Assembly (NCBI GenBank): GCA_029553475.1
Contig: JAKPKV010000077.1
Span: 6,082-70,081 of the forward strand
Direction of reading: 5' to 3'
From: Armatimonadota bacterium
GTDB taxonomy: Bacteria > Armatimonadota > Hebobacteria > CAIYQO01
Length of the DNA: 64,000 nt
Made by a program: the position numbers and the translations under genes. How positions within the stretch are numbered: the first letter of the stretch is position 1; each line of letters opens with the position of its first letter. Below are positions 1 to 10,894 of this stretch, one piece after another. The notes beneath the pieces were generated by a model, which saw only the letters and a program-made list of their open reading frames with translations, ran no database searches and was not told the origin of the DNA.

Positions 1-372
1 CCGATCAGCCAGGTGTTCTGTTATCTGCCAGAGCGGGCGGCGTTCACGCATGTCCATGCGGACGTACAGGATCACCTGCTGTTGGTAACGCTGGCGCTGC
101 GCGCCTATCGGCTGGAGCACGGGAGGCACCCCGCCAGCTTATCCGCCCTGGTGCCCGACTACCTGTCCGCGGTACCGCGGGACGCCTTTGCGATGGCGGG
201 CCCGCCGCGCTATAGCCTGACGACGACGGGCTACCTGCTCTACAGCGTGGGGCCGGATGGCCGGGACGATGGCGGCGTGCCGAGCATGGATGGGCAGGAG
301 CCGCCGAAGACGGGCAGGCGGTTGTATGCCGGCAGCAGCGGGGATCTCGTCGCCGGGGTGAACGTGCAGTAG
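1..372 (+). CDS. Hypothetical protein, C-terminal part (starts before the window); type II secretion/pseudopilin-G-like tail
   Basis: Frame is open from base 1. Motif 'LALRAYRLEHGRHPASLSALVPDYL..P.D.F...YSVGPDGRDDGG'. Confidence 0.7.
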   Translation, partial: PISQVFCYLPERAAFTHVHADVQDHLLLVTLALRAYRLEHGRHPASLSALVPDYLSAVPRDAFAMAGPPRYSLTTTGYLLYSVGPDGRDDGGVPSMDGQEPPKTGRRLYAGSSGDLVAGVNVQ

Positions 373-478
373 CGGGCGCGCCGGCGCCTCGTCCTACCGT
401 GTTTGCGCCACTCTTCCCTTCGCTCAAGCTATGGGGGACAAGCCGCTCTGCTGCGTGGCGCAGAAGAGCATCTGGCGC

Positions 479-553
479 GGGGTGATATACGGCCCCACTA
501 AACAGCGCCGTCTGTTGGTAGTGCGCCACGCAACAGCGTGGAGTGGCGCCGCC
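479..553. repeat. 75-bp multi-hairpin dispersed repeat, copy 1 (copy 2 at 54035-54109)
   Basis: 67/75 identical to 54035-54109 by manual alignment. Confidence 0.85.
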
Positions 554-683
554 CCGGCATGGCCTATACGCGTATTTTCGCCCCCCCGGATTCGTAACGC
601 CCCCGTCACCGCGGTGTCATCGCGTCGTCACCTCCCGGCGGTAGGCTGTCGGTATGAGCCTACGGCAAAGGAGGACGGACACG

Positions 684-1883
684 ATGTTGGCCAACCGGAT
701 GCTGGCGCTGGCGTGCATCTTCACCCTGGCGGCGGCGGCGTGGATGTACCTGGGGCGCACGATCGTGGCGCGCACGCAGCAGACGTATACGAACATCAAC
801 TCGCGGGTGGAGGGATTGTGCGGGGCGCCGATCACCCAGCGGTCGCCGGTGGTGACGGATGCGGAGAACGCCCCCCTTGACCTGCGCAGCAGCGTCGTCA
901 CCGCGGACCTGGAGCTGGAATACCGGCGCAAGGGGCTGCTCTGGTTCCCGGTCTACACGGTGGATTTCGACGGCACCTATACGGTGCGGAACAACGCGGC
1001 GAAGGCGCGGCCGCTGACGGTGCGCGTGCCCTTCCCGGCAGAGAAGGGGAGCCTGGACAATTTCGCGTTCACGGTGAACGGCAACGGCGACTGGGAAACG
1101 GGGCCGGATCACGCGCGGATCACCGTGCCGGTGGACGCGGGGCAGACGGCGACCATCGCCGTGCAGTGCAAGACGCGCGGGCTGCGCACCTGGCGCTACG
1201 CCTTCGACGAGAGCGTGCAGCACGTGCGCGACTTCGCGCTCACCGTCACCACGGACACCCCAGCGATTGATTTCCCCGCCGACACGATTGCGCCGACGCG
1301 GCGCGAGGCGCGGTCCTTCACCTGGGAATACCGCAACCGGCTCTCCGGCTTCCAGATCGGCATCGCCATGCCGGAGCGGCTGAATCCGGGCGACGTGGCG
1401 GCGCGCATCGCCTTCTTCGCGCCGCTGGGGCTGCTCTTTTTCGCCATCGTGCTGGGCACCTCGGCGCTCATCCTGCGGGTGAACCTGCACCCGATGCATA
1501 TCCTCTTCCTGGCGGCGGGCTTTTTCGCCTTCCACCTGCTGTTCACCTACCTGGTGGACCACGTCAGCGTCTTCCCGTCGTTCCTCATCGCCTCCGCGGT
1601 CTCGCTGCTGCTGGTGGGGAATTACCTGCGACTGGTGGCCGGCGGGCGTTTCGCGCTGCTGCCCGGCGCCCTCGCGCAGCTCATCTACCTGGTGCTGTTT
1701 TCGTACGCCTTCTTCTTCAAGGGGTATACGGGGCTGACGATCACCATCGGCGCGGTCATCACCCTCGGCGTGCTGATGCAGCTCACCGGGCGCATGGACT
1801 GGGACGCCGCCTTCGCCCGCGGCACCGGCGCGAAGCCGCCGGTCGCCCCGCCGCCAGTGGTGGGCGGCGGCGAGGCGACGTAG
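684..1883 (+). CDS. Inner membrane CreD-like protein
   Basis: AGGAGG RBS before ATG 684. N-terminal TM, soluble domain, then about 6 C-terminal TM helices ('LHPMHILFLAAGFFAFHLLFTYL'). Confidence 0.7.
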   Translation: MLANRMLALACIFTLAAAAWMYLGRTIVARTQQTYTNINSRVEGLCGAPITQRSPVVTDAENAPLDLRSSVVTADLELEYRRKGLLWFPVYTVDFDGTYTVRNNAAKARPLTVRVPFPAEKGSLDNFAFTVNGNGDWETGPDHARITVPVDAGQTATIAVQCKTRGLRTWRYAFDESVQHVRDFALTVTTDTPAIDFPADTIAPTRREARSFTWEYRNRLSGFQIGIAMPERLNPGDVAARIAFFAPLGLLFFAIVLGTSALILRVNLHPMHILFLAAGFFAFHLLFTYLVDHVSVFPSFLIASAVSLLLVGNYLRLVAGGRFALLPGALAQLIYLVLFSYAFFFKGYTGLTITIGAVITLGVLMQLTGRMDWDAAFARGTGAKPPVAPPPVVGGGEAT

Positions 1884-1932
1884 CCCGGATGCGCGCGGCA
1901 GCGGTATTTTCCCGCGATGTGCGCGTGCCGCG

Positions 1933-1959
1933 GCAGGAGATTCGCCGGTCAGGGTGAAT
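1933..1959 (+). promoter_or_regulatory. SigH-like promoter GCAGGA-N17-GAAT upstream of the DPS-like gene
   Basis: One instance of a motif recurring before about 14 genes in the window (see findings). Confidence 0.55.
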
Positions 1960-2026
1960 GAGGGATGTGTGGCGACGCGATCCGTCGCTCCGCCGCGAAA
2001 CACCGCGCAAAGAGAGGAGCACACAC

Positions 2027-2524
2027 ATGGGAACACGTGGACGCGCGATCGTCGGCCTGCCGATCGAGACGCTGCTGACGGAATTGAACAAGGCTTTTGC
2101 CGATGAATGGCTGGCCTACTACCAGTATTGGCTGGGCGCGAAGGTGGCGAAAGGCCCGATGAAGGAAGCGGTCATCGCCGAGCTCACCCAGCACGCGCTG
2201 GACGAGCTGCGCCACGCGGAGATGGTGGCGCAGCGCATCCTCCAGCTCGGCGGCACGCCGGTCACTTCCCCCGCCGAGTGGTTCACCGTCACGCACTGCG
2301 GCTACGACGCGCCCACCGACCCTTACGTGCGCGTCCTCGTCGAGCAGAATATCACCGGCGAGCAGTGCGCCATCTCCGTCTACAAGAGCATCCTCGAGCT
2401 GACCCTGGGCAAGGATGAGGTGACCTACAACATGGCGCTGCAGATCCTCAGCGACGAAGTGGAGCATGAGGAAGACCTGCAGGCGCTGGCGGAAGATCTG
2501 GAGCTGATGCTCAGCCGGGCCTGA
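2027..2524 (+). CDS. DPS-like / bacterioferritin-related ferritin-like protein
   Basis: GAGGAG RBS. 'AFADEWLAYYQYW', 'DELRHA', 'GEQCAI' and 'DEVEHE' di-iron four-helix motifs. Confidence 0.85.
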   Translation: MGTRGRAIVGLPIETLLTELNKAFADEWLAYYQYWLGAKVAKGPMKEAVIAELTQHALDELRHAEMVAQRILQLGGTPVTSPAEWFTVTHCGYDAPTDPYVRVLVEQNITGEQCAISVYKSILELTLGKDEVTYNMALQILSDEVEHEEDLQALAEDLELMLSRA

Positions 2525-2536
2525 CGCGACAGGCCG

Positions 2537-3709
2537 TCACCCGCGCCCATGCTCCCGGTAATAGGCGAACCCTTCGATGAGCGTGCGCAGATTGTCCAAC
2601 GGCACGCCGGGCGCGATGGAGCTGCTGCAGCCGAGCATGAAACCGACCTTCGGCCCATGCGCGACCAGCCAGTCCAGCTCGCGCTTCACGTCGGCGGGGG
2701 TGCCGTGGGGCAGGGTGCGGGTGACGGAGACGCCGCCGATGATGAAGAGCGGGCCGCCGTCGCGCGTCGTCATCCGGCAGATGGCCGCGTAATCCATGCT
2801 ATCTTCGTACTGGAATCCCTGAAAGCCGCCGAGGCCGCACTCCAGCAGGCGCGGCACCATCTGCATCAGGTTGCCGTCGCAGTGCCAGATGAGGCGGATG
2901 CCGGCGTCGAGGAAGGGCTGGATGGCGCGGGCGAAGTGCGGGAACCACCGCGCGTCGAGGGTCCTCACGTCCACCAGCGTGCCGCGCGAGTCCGCCATGT
3001 CGTGGTCCAGCCGCAGCAGGCGCGGCAGCCCGCCCTCGATGATGGCGCGCGCGCCGAGGCGGTTGAACACCTCCGCGGCGTCGGCGTGCAGTGTGAAGCC
3101 GCGCTCGATCACCTCCGGGTAGAGCGCGTAGGCCATGAAGTAATTGGCGTAGCCGTAGTGGCCGTAGAGGAAGCCGGGGAAGGTGAAAAAGCCGCCGTAG
3201 GGCCCTTTCAGCATGTTCCGGCCAAAGAGCCGCTGCACCGCCACCTCGCCGGCGATGAGGTCATGCACGTGCGCGTCGGCGTTCGCCTCCAGCTCGCGCC
3301 GCCACCGCTCCCAGTGCGGAAAGAGCACGCGCTCCATGTGCGCGACGACGGCCTCCGGCGAGTCTATCACCATCCCGTCGCGCACGATTTCCTCCGCGCC
3401 GGTGGTCGCCCCCCGCGCGGCGCCGCCATCGTACCCCTGATCGCGCATGCTCAGTGGATTGTCCGGTATCCACTGGTCAATGAAGCACACCCCGGCGGCG
3501 AGGGAGAACTCGCGATACACCCGCGCCGGCTCCGCGGGATAACTCCCCGGCGGGTTGCCGGACAGCGCTTCCAGGTGCGACCACTCCATGTCATTGAGCA
3601 CCCAGGCCGGGATGCCCCGCGTCGGCCGCATGGCGATGGTGTCCAGCGCCAGTTGCGCGTTCGCCTCCCACTGACCGGCAAAGGCGTGAACATCGCGCGC
3701 GGTCGTCAT
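2537..3709 (-). CDS. Uroporphyrinogen decarboxylase-family (URO-D/MtaA-like) protein
   Basis: 'WHCDGN', 'GGVSVTRTLPHGTPADV' and 'LGCSSSIAPGVPLDNL' C-terminal motifs. Confidence 0.75.
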   Translation of the reverse strand: MTTARDVHAFAGQWEANAQLALDTIAMRPTRGIPAWVLNDMEWSHLEALSGNPPGSYPAEPARVYREFSLAAGVCFIDQWIPDNPLSMRDQGYDGGAARGATTGAEEIVRDGMVIDSPEAVVAHMERVLFPHWERWRRELEANADAHVHDLIAGEVAVQRLFGRNMLKGPYGGFFTFPGFLYGHYGYANYFMAYALYPEVIERGFTLHADAAEVFNRLGARAIIEGGLPRLLRLDHDMADSRGTLVDVRTLDARWFPHFARAIQPFLDAGIRLIWHCDGNLMQMVPRLLECGLGGFQGFQYEDSMDYAAICRMTTRDGGPLFIIGGVSVTRTLPHGTPADVKRELDWLVAHGPKVGFMLGCSSSIAPGVPLDNLRTLIEGFAYYREHGRG

Positions 3710-3733
3710 GCGAATCTCCCGGGCGGCGCAGCC

Positions 3734-4885
<1,152 letters not shown>

Positions 4886-5038
4886 ACGTACCCCCCTCCG
4901 GTCAGCAGACCGTTGTGATAGTGTACTATACCCCAGAATGGATGGTTTACGATAGGGGGGCCGCCGCAAACGCGTCATCGCATTGCCTGGGCGCGCACTC
5001 CTCGGCTATACTGGCGTATACCTCATCAAGACGGCAGC

Positions 5039-5263
5039 CTGGCGGATGACGCGCATCCCACGCTCGCCGGCAACCGCTGCGCACGGAATACCCAGAGCGG
5101 CATCGCCTACTTCGGCAAAAGCGCCGGTACTGCGGAGGGGAACATCTGCTGTAACAATACGATGAACGGCATCTACCTGGCCGGCACCGCCGCCCCCGCG
5201 CTCCGCGACAACACCGTGACCGGCAACACGGGCGGCGACGTGAGGGATGCGCGGACGACGTAG
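5039..5263 (+). pseudogene. Remnant of a parallel beta-helix repeat protein (C-terminal fragment)
   Basis: Manual translation: LADDAHPTLAGNRCARNTQSGIAYFGKSAGTAEGNICCNNTMNGIYLAGTAAPALRDNTVTGNTGGDVRDARTT*. There is no ATG between the in-frame stop at 4919 and position 5162. Confidence 0.6.
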
Positions 5264-5344
5264 CGCGGCGCCATCTCCCCTCGCGGGTGTACCACCCCCC
5301 GGCAACATGGTATAGTACACCCGACACGCGAGGGAGGACACCTG

Positions 5345-5989
5345 ATGGCGATGCAGATTTCCGGCGCCAGTTTGCGGCGGCTGCCGCAGTATGTCTCCGT
5401 GCTGGTGCGCCTGGCGGAGGAGGGGCAGCGGCACGTGACCAGCGCGGAGCTGGCGCGGCGGCTGCGGCTGGACGAGACGCTGGTGCGCAAAGACCTGGCG
5501 ATGACGAAATTCGCCGGCAAGCCGCGGGTGGGGTTCGGCGTGCCGGAGCTGCTGGCGCACCTGCGGGATTTCCTCGGCGCGCAGCACGCGAAGGAGGCCA
5601 TCCTGGTGGGCGCCGGGCGGCTGGGGCAGGCGCTGGTGGCCTACCACGGCTTCGAAAAATACAACCTCAGCATCGTGGCGCTTTTCGACACCAATCCGGA
5701 GAAGATCGGCGGGCAGGTGGAGGGGCGGCAGATTTACCCGCTGTGGCAGGCCGCCGCCTTCGCCCGGCGCCACGGCATCCGCATCGCCATCCTCACCGTG
5801 CCCTCCGACGCCGCCCAGCCCGTGGCCGATTTGCTTGCCGACGCCGGCGTCCTCGCCTTCTGGAATTTCTCCGGCCACCCCCTCAACCTCCCCGATCCCG
5901 TCGTCGTCCTCAACGAAGACCTGGCGGAGTCGCTGGCCGTCCTCTCCCACCGCGTGGGGAAGCTGACGCTGGTGGGGGCGGAGGAATAA
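5345..5989 (+). CDS. rex: Redox-sensing transcriptional repressor Rex
   Basis: 'RRLPQY', 'VTSAELA', 'VRKDL' winged helix, 'VGAGRLGQAL' Rossmann fold and 'AILTVP..AAQ', 'WNF'. Confidence 0.92.
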   Translation: MAMQISGASLRRLPQYVSVLVRLAEEGQRHVTSAELARRLRLDETLVRKDLAMTKFAGKPRVGFGVPELLAHLRDFLGAQHAKEAILVGAGRLGQALVAYHGFEKYNLSIVALFDTNPEKIGGQVEGRQIYPLWQAAAFARRHGIRIAILTVPSDAAQPVADLLADAGVLAFWNFSGHPLNLPDPVVVLNEDLAESLAVLSHRVGKLTLVGAEE

Positions 5990-5990
5990 T

Positions 5991-6084
5991 CGGGGCCGCG
6001 GCGTTGCTCTCCGCACGCATTTCAACCCCGGTTTATCTGATAAACAAAGTGCAGGTCTGTGCGGAGTGCAACTCCGCGGCCCCG
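5991..6084. repeat. REP-like doublet GTGCGGAGTGCAACTCCGCGGCCCCG (inverted pair, 24/26 match)
   Basis: Arms at 5991-6016 and 6059-6084. Single copies at 35132-35160 and 42926-42952. Confidence 0.85.
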
Positions 6085-6122
6085 GTCTGTGCGTCCCGAT
6101 TTCATCGGGACGCGGCCCCGGC

Positions 6123-7667
6123 TCATGCGAGGTCCACGTACACCGCGCGCATCACCTCTTCCAGCGTGGTGATGCCGGCGCGGGCTTTCTGGATGCCGTC
6201 GTCGCGGAGGGTGGTGAAGCCGCAGTTGCGCACGATGTTGCGGATTTCGCTGGCGGGCGCTTTGCGGATGACCGCCTGCTGGATGGCCTCGTTGTTGGTG
6301 ATCACCTCGAAGACGCTGATGCGGCCCACGTAGCCGGTGCCGCGACAGCCGTTGCAGCCGCGGCCGGTGTAGTAGACGGCGCCGTCGTTGGGCAGCTCCA
6401 GCTTCTGGCGCACTTCGTCGGTGATGGTGGCGACTTCCTTGCACTGGTCGCAGACGCGGCGCACCAGGCGCTGGGCGACGATGCCGTTCACCGCGGAGGA
6501 GACGAGGAAGGGTTCCGCGCCCATGTCCACCATGCGCGCGGCGGCGGCGGCGGCGTCGTTGCAGTGCAGCGTGGAGAGCACCAGATGCCCGGTGAGGGCG
6601 GAGTGGATGGCCATCTCCAGCGTCTCCAGGTCGCGAATCTCGCCCACCATGATGACGTCGGGGTCCTGGCGCAGGATGGCGCGCAGCCCGGCGGCGAAGG
6701 TGAGGCCGATCTTCGGGTGGACCTGAATCTGCGTGATGCGGTTGAACTGGTATTCCACCGGGTCTTCCACGGTGATGACGTTTTTGCCCACGCAGTCAAT
6801 CTGCCCGAGGGCGGCATACAGGGTGGTGGTTTTCCCGGAGCCGGTGGGGCCGGTGGCGAGCACCATGCCGAAGGGTTTGATGATGAGCTCTTCCAGCGTC
6901 GCCTTCGTCTGCCCCTCCAGGCCGAGCTGGCCGAGCTCCAGCGCGATGGTGCCCTTGGGCAGCAGGCGCATCACCGCCTTCTCGCCGGAGAGGCTGGGCA
7001 GCACGGAGACGCGCACGTCGAAGGATTTGGCGCCGAAATTCACGTCGAAGCGGCCATCTTGCGGCAGGCGCGTCTCGGCGATGTTCAGGTTGGAGAGGAT
7101 CTTGATGCGCGAGATGACCTGCGGGTGCAGCGTGGGGTCGTAGGTCATGTGGTCATACATCATGCCGTCAATGCGGAAGCGCACGTAGACGGTTTTCGGG
7201 TGCGGCTCGATGTGGATGTCGGTGGCGCGCTCGGAGATGGCGCGCTGCATGATGCTCTCCACGGTGGCGCTGGCGCCGCGCGATTCCACCAGGTGCCCCA
7301 CCGGCGCCTGCTGCGCCGGCGCCTCCTGCGGGGTGGCCTGGCCGCTGCCCAGCGATTGCAGCAGGTCCTGCGGCTGATCCAGCGGCGCGGTGCTGTAGTG
7401 CAGGTCAATGCCGCGCATGATGTCCTGCTCGCTGGCCGCCATCGGGTGGATGCGGCACTGAGTGAGCTGCTGCAGGTGATCCATCAGCATCAGGTTGGCG
7501 GGATCCAGCGTGGCGACGGTGAGCGTGCGCTGCCCGGCGCGCGCTTCAGTAAGTCCGAGCGGGCAGACGCGGTAGCGCTCGGCGAAATTGCGCGGAATGA
7601 GCGCGATGGCCTCTTTCGGAACCGGAATATCCTGGGGGCGCAGCGTGGAAGCGGCATCGTCTCGCAT
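6123..7667 (-). CDS. GspE/PulE/PilB family secretion/pilus assembly ATPase
   Basis: Walker A GPTGSGKTT, 'TVEDPVEY', 'LRQDPDVIMVGEIRD', 'TGHLVLSTLH' and Zn-binding CxxC pairs. Confidence 0.95.
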   Translation of the reverse strand: MRDDAASTLRPQDIPVPKEAIALIPRNFAERYRVCPLGLTEARAGQRTLTVATLDPANLMLMDHLQQLTQCRIHPMAASEQDIMRGIDLHYSTAPLDQPQDLLQSLGSGQATPQEAPAQQAPVGHLVESRGASATVESIMQRAISERATDIHIEPHPKTVYVRFRIDGMMYDHMTYDPTLHPQVISRIKILSNLNIAETRLPQDGRFDVNFGAKSFDVRVSVLPSLSGEKAVMRLLPKGTIALELGQLGLEGQTKATLEELIIKPFGMVLATGPTGSGKTTTLYAALGQIDCVGKNVITVEDPVEYQFNRITQIQVHPKIGLTFAAGLRAILRQDPDVIMVGEIRDLETLEMAIHSALTGHLVLSTLHCNDAAAAAARMVDMGAEPFLVSSAVNGIVAQRLVRRVCDQCKEVATITDEVRQKLELPNDGAVYYTGRGCNGCRGTGYVGRISVFEVITNNEAIQQAVIRKAPASEIRNIVRNCGFTTLRDDGIQKARAGITTLEEVMRAVYVDLA

Positions 7668-7877
7668 GGTTCACTCCTGAATACGCCGTATGGCGTGCTC
7701 TCCTGTTAGAATCGGCGCGGGGAGAAAAAGTTCCCTTTCGCAGTCTACCCCATCGAGGGAGCGTTCTATCGTAGCACGCGGGCGCGGGATTGTGAAGATG
7801 AGCGGGGCACGGTGTGGGAAAACCGCCGCGCACGCGGGAGCGCCGGGGGTATATTGGTGGCGGTGGAGGGGGCGCGT

Positions 7878-8642
7878 ATGCGATATGGTATGCTCATGCT
7901 CGTCGCGGTATGCCTGGCGGGAAGCCTCGCGCAGCCGCCCCCGCCGGCGCAGCCGCAGCGGCCGATCTATACCGCGCTGGTCAGCGACGTGGAGCCGGAG
8001 ATCCTCGCCGGGCGCACCTTTGTGCCGGCCGCGGTTATCTCGCGCGAGTTCGGGGCGACGGTGACGTGGGTGCCGGAGATGCAGCGGGTGCACATCGCCC
8101 GGGCGAATGAGCCAACGCTGCTCTTAACCATCGGCTCGCGCACCGCACTGGTGAGCGGACAGATGGTGACGCTCCCTGCCGCGCCCTACCTCACCCGGGG
8201 ACGCACCATGGTGCCGCTGCGCTTCATCGCCGAGACGTACCGCATCCCGGTCATGTACGACGGCGCGACGCGCACGGTGCAGCTCACCCACGCCAATCGC
8301 CTCTATGTGCTGCCGCTGCAATCGCTGCGCGCGGGCGTGGTCATTGCCGACCCGCGGCCCGGCGAGCTGGTGCGCACCGGCCTGCGCGTGCAGGGGGTGG
8401 CGAACGTCTACGAGGGCGCGCTGATCATCGAAGTGCGCGACAGCGGCGGCCAGGTGCTGGGCCGCACCATCGCCACCGCCGGCATGGGCGGCTTCTATCC
8501 GTTCAGCACCGTGGTCTACTACAACCTCCCCTCGGACGACCCATCCAACGGCCGCATCGTCGTCTTCTCGCAAAACGGCCGCGACGACGGCCGCATCCTC
8601 GCCGAGGACAGCGTGCCGGTGGTGCTGGCGTCAACGATATAG
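7878..8642 (+). CDS. Secreted copper amine oxidase N-terminal (stalk) domain protein with a Gmad2 Ig-like domain
   Basis: Signal peptide, 'GRTMVPLRFIAE' stalk motif and C-terminal 'VQGVANVYEGAL.IEVRD'. Confidence 0.8.
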   Translation: MRYGMLMLVAVCLAGSLAQPPPPAQPQRPIYTALVSDVEPEILAGRTFVPAAVISREFGATVTWVPEMQRVHIARANEPTLLLTIGSRTALVSGQMVTLPAAPYLTRGRTMVPLRFIAETYRIPVMYDGATRTVQLTHANRLYVLPLQSLRAGVVIADPRPGELVRTGLRVQGVANVYEGALIIEVRDSGGQVLGRTIATAGMGGFYPFSTVVYYNLPSDDPSNGRIVVFSQNGRDDGRILAEDSVPVVLASTI

Positions 8643-8736
8643 GTACGAAGCGGGTGCGCTGTTGGCGGGCGAGCCGCCGCCGAGCCGCGCGCGGAGGAAC
8701 CGTCCACGCTCTTCCCCATCCCTTCCGCGCGTCACC

Positions 8737-8776
8737 TCACCTCTTCACCTTGTCACCTCTTCACCCCGTCATCCCC
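8737..8776. repeat. 8-bp tandem repeat (TCACCYYK)x5
   Basis: tcacctct-tcaccttg-tcacctct-tcaccccg-tcatcccc. Confidence 0.75.
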
Positions 8777-8886
8777 CCGACGGGCTTTCACGCGGATTTT
8801 TCCCGCGACGCGCCTGCCGGGCGGCAGGAACCCTCCCCGCCAACCCGAAACTAATCACCCGAAACCTGCGACAAAAGGAGCACACC

Positions 8887-10860
8887 ATGTACGTCGGCGT
8901 GGATTATTACCCCGAGCACTGGCCGCGCGAGCGGTGGGAGACGGATGCGCGGTTGATGCAGGAGGCGGGGTTGAACGTCGTGCGATTGGCGGAGTTCGCC
9001 TGGGTGATGATGGAGCCGGAAGAGGGGCGTTTCACCTTCGACTGGTTGGACGACGCGCTGGCCGTGCTCCACGCGCGCGGCGTGTCCGCCATCCTCTGCA
9101 CGCCCACCGCGGTGATGCCCGCCTGGTGCGCGCGCAAGTACCCGGAGACGCTGGCGATGCAGACGAATGGCCAGCGCATCGTGTGGGGGGTGCGCAAGAA
9201 CAACTGCTTCACCAGCGGCGCCTATCGCCTGCTCTCCGAGCGCATCACCCGCGCCATGGCCGAGCATTTTCAGCACGCGCCGAACGTCATCGGCTGGCAG
9301 ACGGACAACGAATTCGGCCACCCGGTGTGCTACTGCGACACCTGCCGGGCGGAGTTCCAGGACTGGCTGCGCGCGAGATACGGCACCCTCGAAGAGCTGA
9401 ATCGCGCCTGGGGCCTGCATTTCTGGGGCCACTACGTCGGCACCTGGGGCGAGATTCCACTGCCGGTGGCCAATGAGAGCGCCAACCCGAGCGCGCTGCT
9501 CGACTGGCAGCGCTTCTACAGTTGGCTCAACGTGCGCTTCCAGCGCGACCAGGTGCGCATCCTGCGCGAATATTTTCCGGACACGTTCATCACCCATAAC
9601 TTCATGGGCTTCTTCAGCGATTTGAACTACTACGACCTCGCCGAAGACCTGGACCACGTGAGCTGGGACAACTATCCCGTGTGGGGCGCCCCCCGCGTGA
9701 TGTCCGACGCGGCGGCGATGGGCGACCTGATGCGCGGGCTGAAGGGGAAGAACTACTGGATCATGGAGGAGACCGCCGGACCGGGCGGCTGGGGATCCTT
9801 CGGGCGCAACCCGTGGCCGGGGGAAATCCGCCTGGTGGCCTACCAGCAGCTCGCCCACGGCGCTGACGGGCAGATCTGGTTCCGCTGGCGCACCTGCACC
9901 GCCGGCCGCGAGCAATACTGGCACGGCCTGCTGGGGCACGACGGCAAACCGCTGCGCCGCTACCAGGAAGCTGCGCGGACCGCCGGCGAATATCACGCGC
10001 TGGCGCCGCATCTGGAAGGCACCACCGTGCGGGCCGAGGTAGCGTTCATCTACGACTACGAGAGCATCTGGGCGCTGCGCTTCCAGCCGGGTTTCGCGGA
10101 GAACAATTACCACGCCGCGCTGCAGCGCTACTACGACGCCTTCTTCCGCGCCGGCATCAACGTGGACTTCGTGCCGCCGACGGCCGACTTCAGCACATAC
10201 AAGGCGATCATCGCCCCCGACCTGCACATCCTGCCCGACGCGCTGGCCGAGCGCCTGCGCGCCTACGTGGAACACGGCGGCGTGCTGCTGACCGACTGCC
10301 GCACCGGGGTGAAGGACGAGACGAACCTGTGCCACGCGCGCACGCTGCCCGGCCTGCTCGCCGAGGTGCTGGGGATTGCAATCGAGGAGTACGAGTCCAT
10401 CGCCGGCGACGTGGGCTTCACCCTCCACGGCCGCGCGCCGCTGGCGGGCCAGTTCACCGCCGTCCACTATGCCGACTGGATCACCCCGCGCGGCGCGGAG
10501 ACGCTGGCCGCGTTCAAGGAGTGGCACCTGCCGGACGCCCCCGCCGCCACCCGCCACCACTTCGGCACGGGCGTGGGCTACTACGTGGGCACGGTGGTGA
10601 AGGAGCCCGCCTTCTACGACGCGCTCATCGCCGACCTGCGCATCACCGCGCGCGTCGCCCCGGCGGAAATCGCGCTGCCGGACGGCGTGGAGCTCTCCGT
10701 GCGCAAGGGCGATGGCAAGGAAATCCTCTTCCTCCTCAACCACACCCAGCAGGAGCAGACCGTCTCCCTGCCCGCCGGGCTCACCAACCTGCTCACCGGC
10801 CAGCCCGCCAACCGCTCCATCACGCTGGAGCGTTTCGGGGTGGCGGTGCTGCGGAAATAG
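8887..10860 (+). CDS. Beta-galactosidase, GH42
   Basis: AAGGAG RBS. 'GVDYYPEHWP', 'VRLAEFAW', 'WQTDNE', Zn-site CYC..C, 'FRWR....G.EQYWHG' and a trimerisation domain. Confidence 0.92.
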   Translation: MYVGVDYYPEHWPRERWETDARLMQEAGLNVVRLAEFAWVMMEPEEGRFTFDWLDDALAVLHARGVSAILCTPTAVMPAWCARKYPETLAMQTNGQRIVWGVRKNNCFTSGAYRLLSERITRAMAEHFQHAPNVIGWQTDNEFGHPVCYCDTCRAEFQDWLRARYGTLEELNRAWGLHFWGHYVGTWGEIPLPVANESANPSALLDWQRFYSWLNVRFQRDQVRILREYFPDTFITHNFMGFFSDLNYYDLAEDLDHVSWDNYPVWGAPRVMSDAAAMGDLMRGLKGKNYWIMEETAGPGGWGSFGRNPWPGEIRLVAYQQLAHGADGQIWFRWRTCTAGREQYWHGLLGHDGKPLRRYQEAARTAGEYHALAPHLEGTTVRAEVAFIYDYESIWALRFQPGFAENNYHAALQRYYDAFFRAGINVDFVPPTADFSTYKAIIAPDLHILPDALAERLRAYVEHGGVLLTDCRTGVKDETNLCHARTLPGLLAEVLGIAIEEYESIAGDVGFTLHGRAPLAGQFTAVHYADWITPRGAETLAAFKEWHLPDAPAATRHHFGTGVGYYVGTVVKEPAFYDALIADLRITARVAPAEIALPDGVELSVRKGDGKEILFLLNHTQQEQTVSLPAGLTNLLTGQPANRSITLERFGVAVLRK

Positions 10861-10894
10861 CGCGGATGATTGAAGAATGGGCTGGAAGGATATT

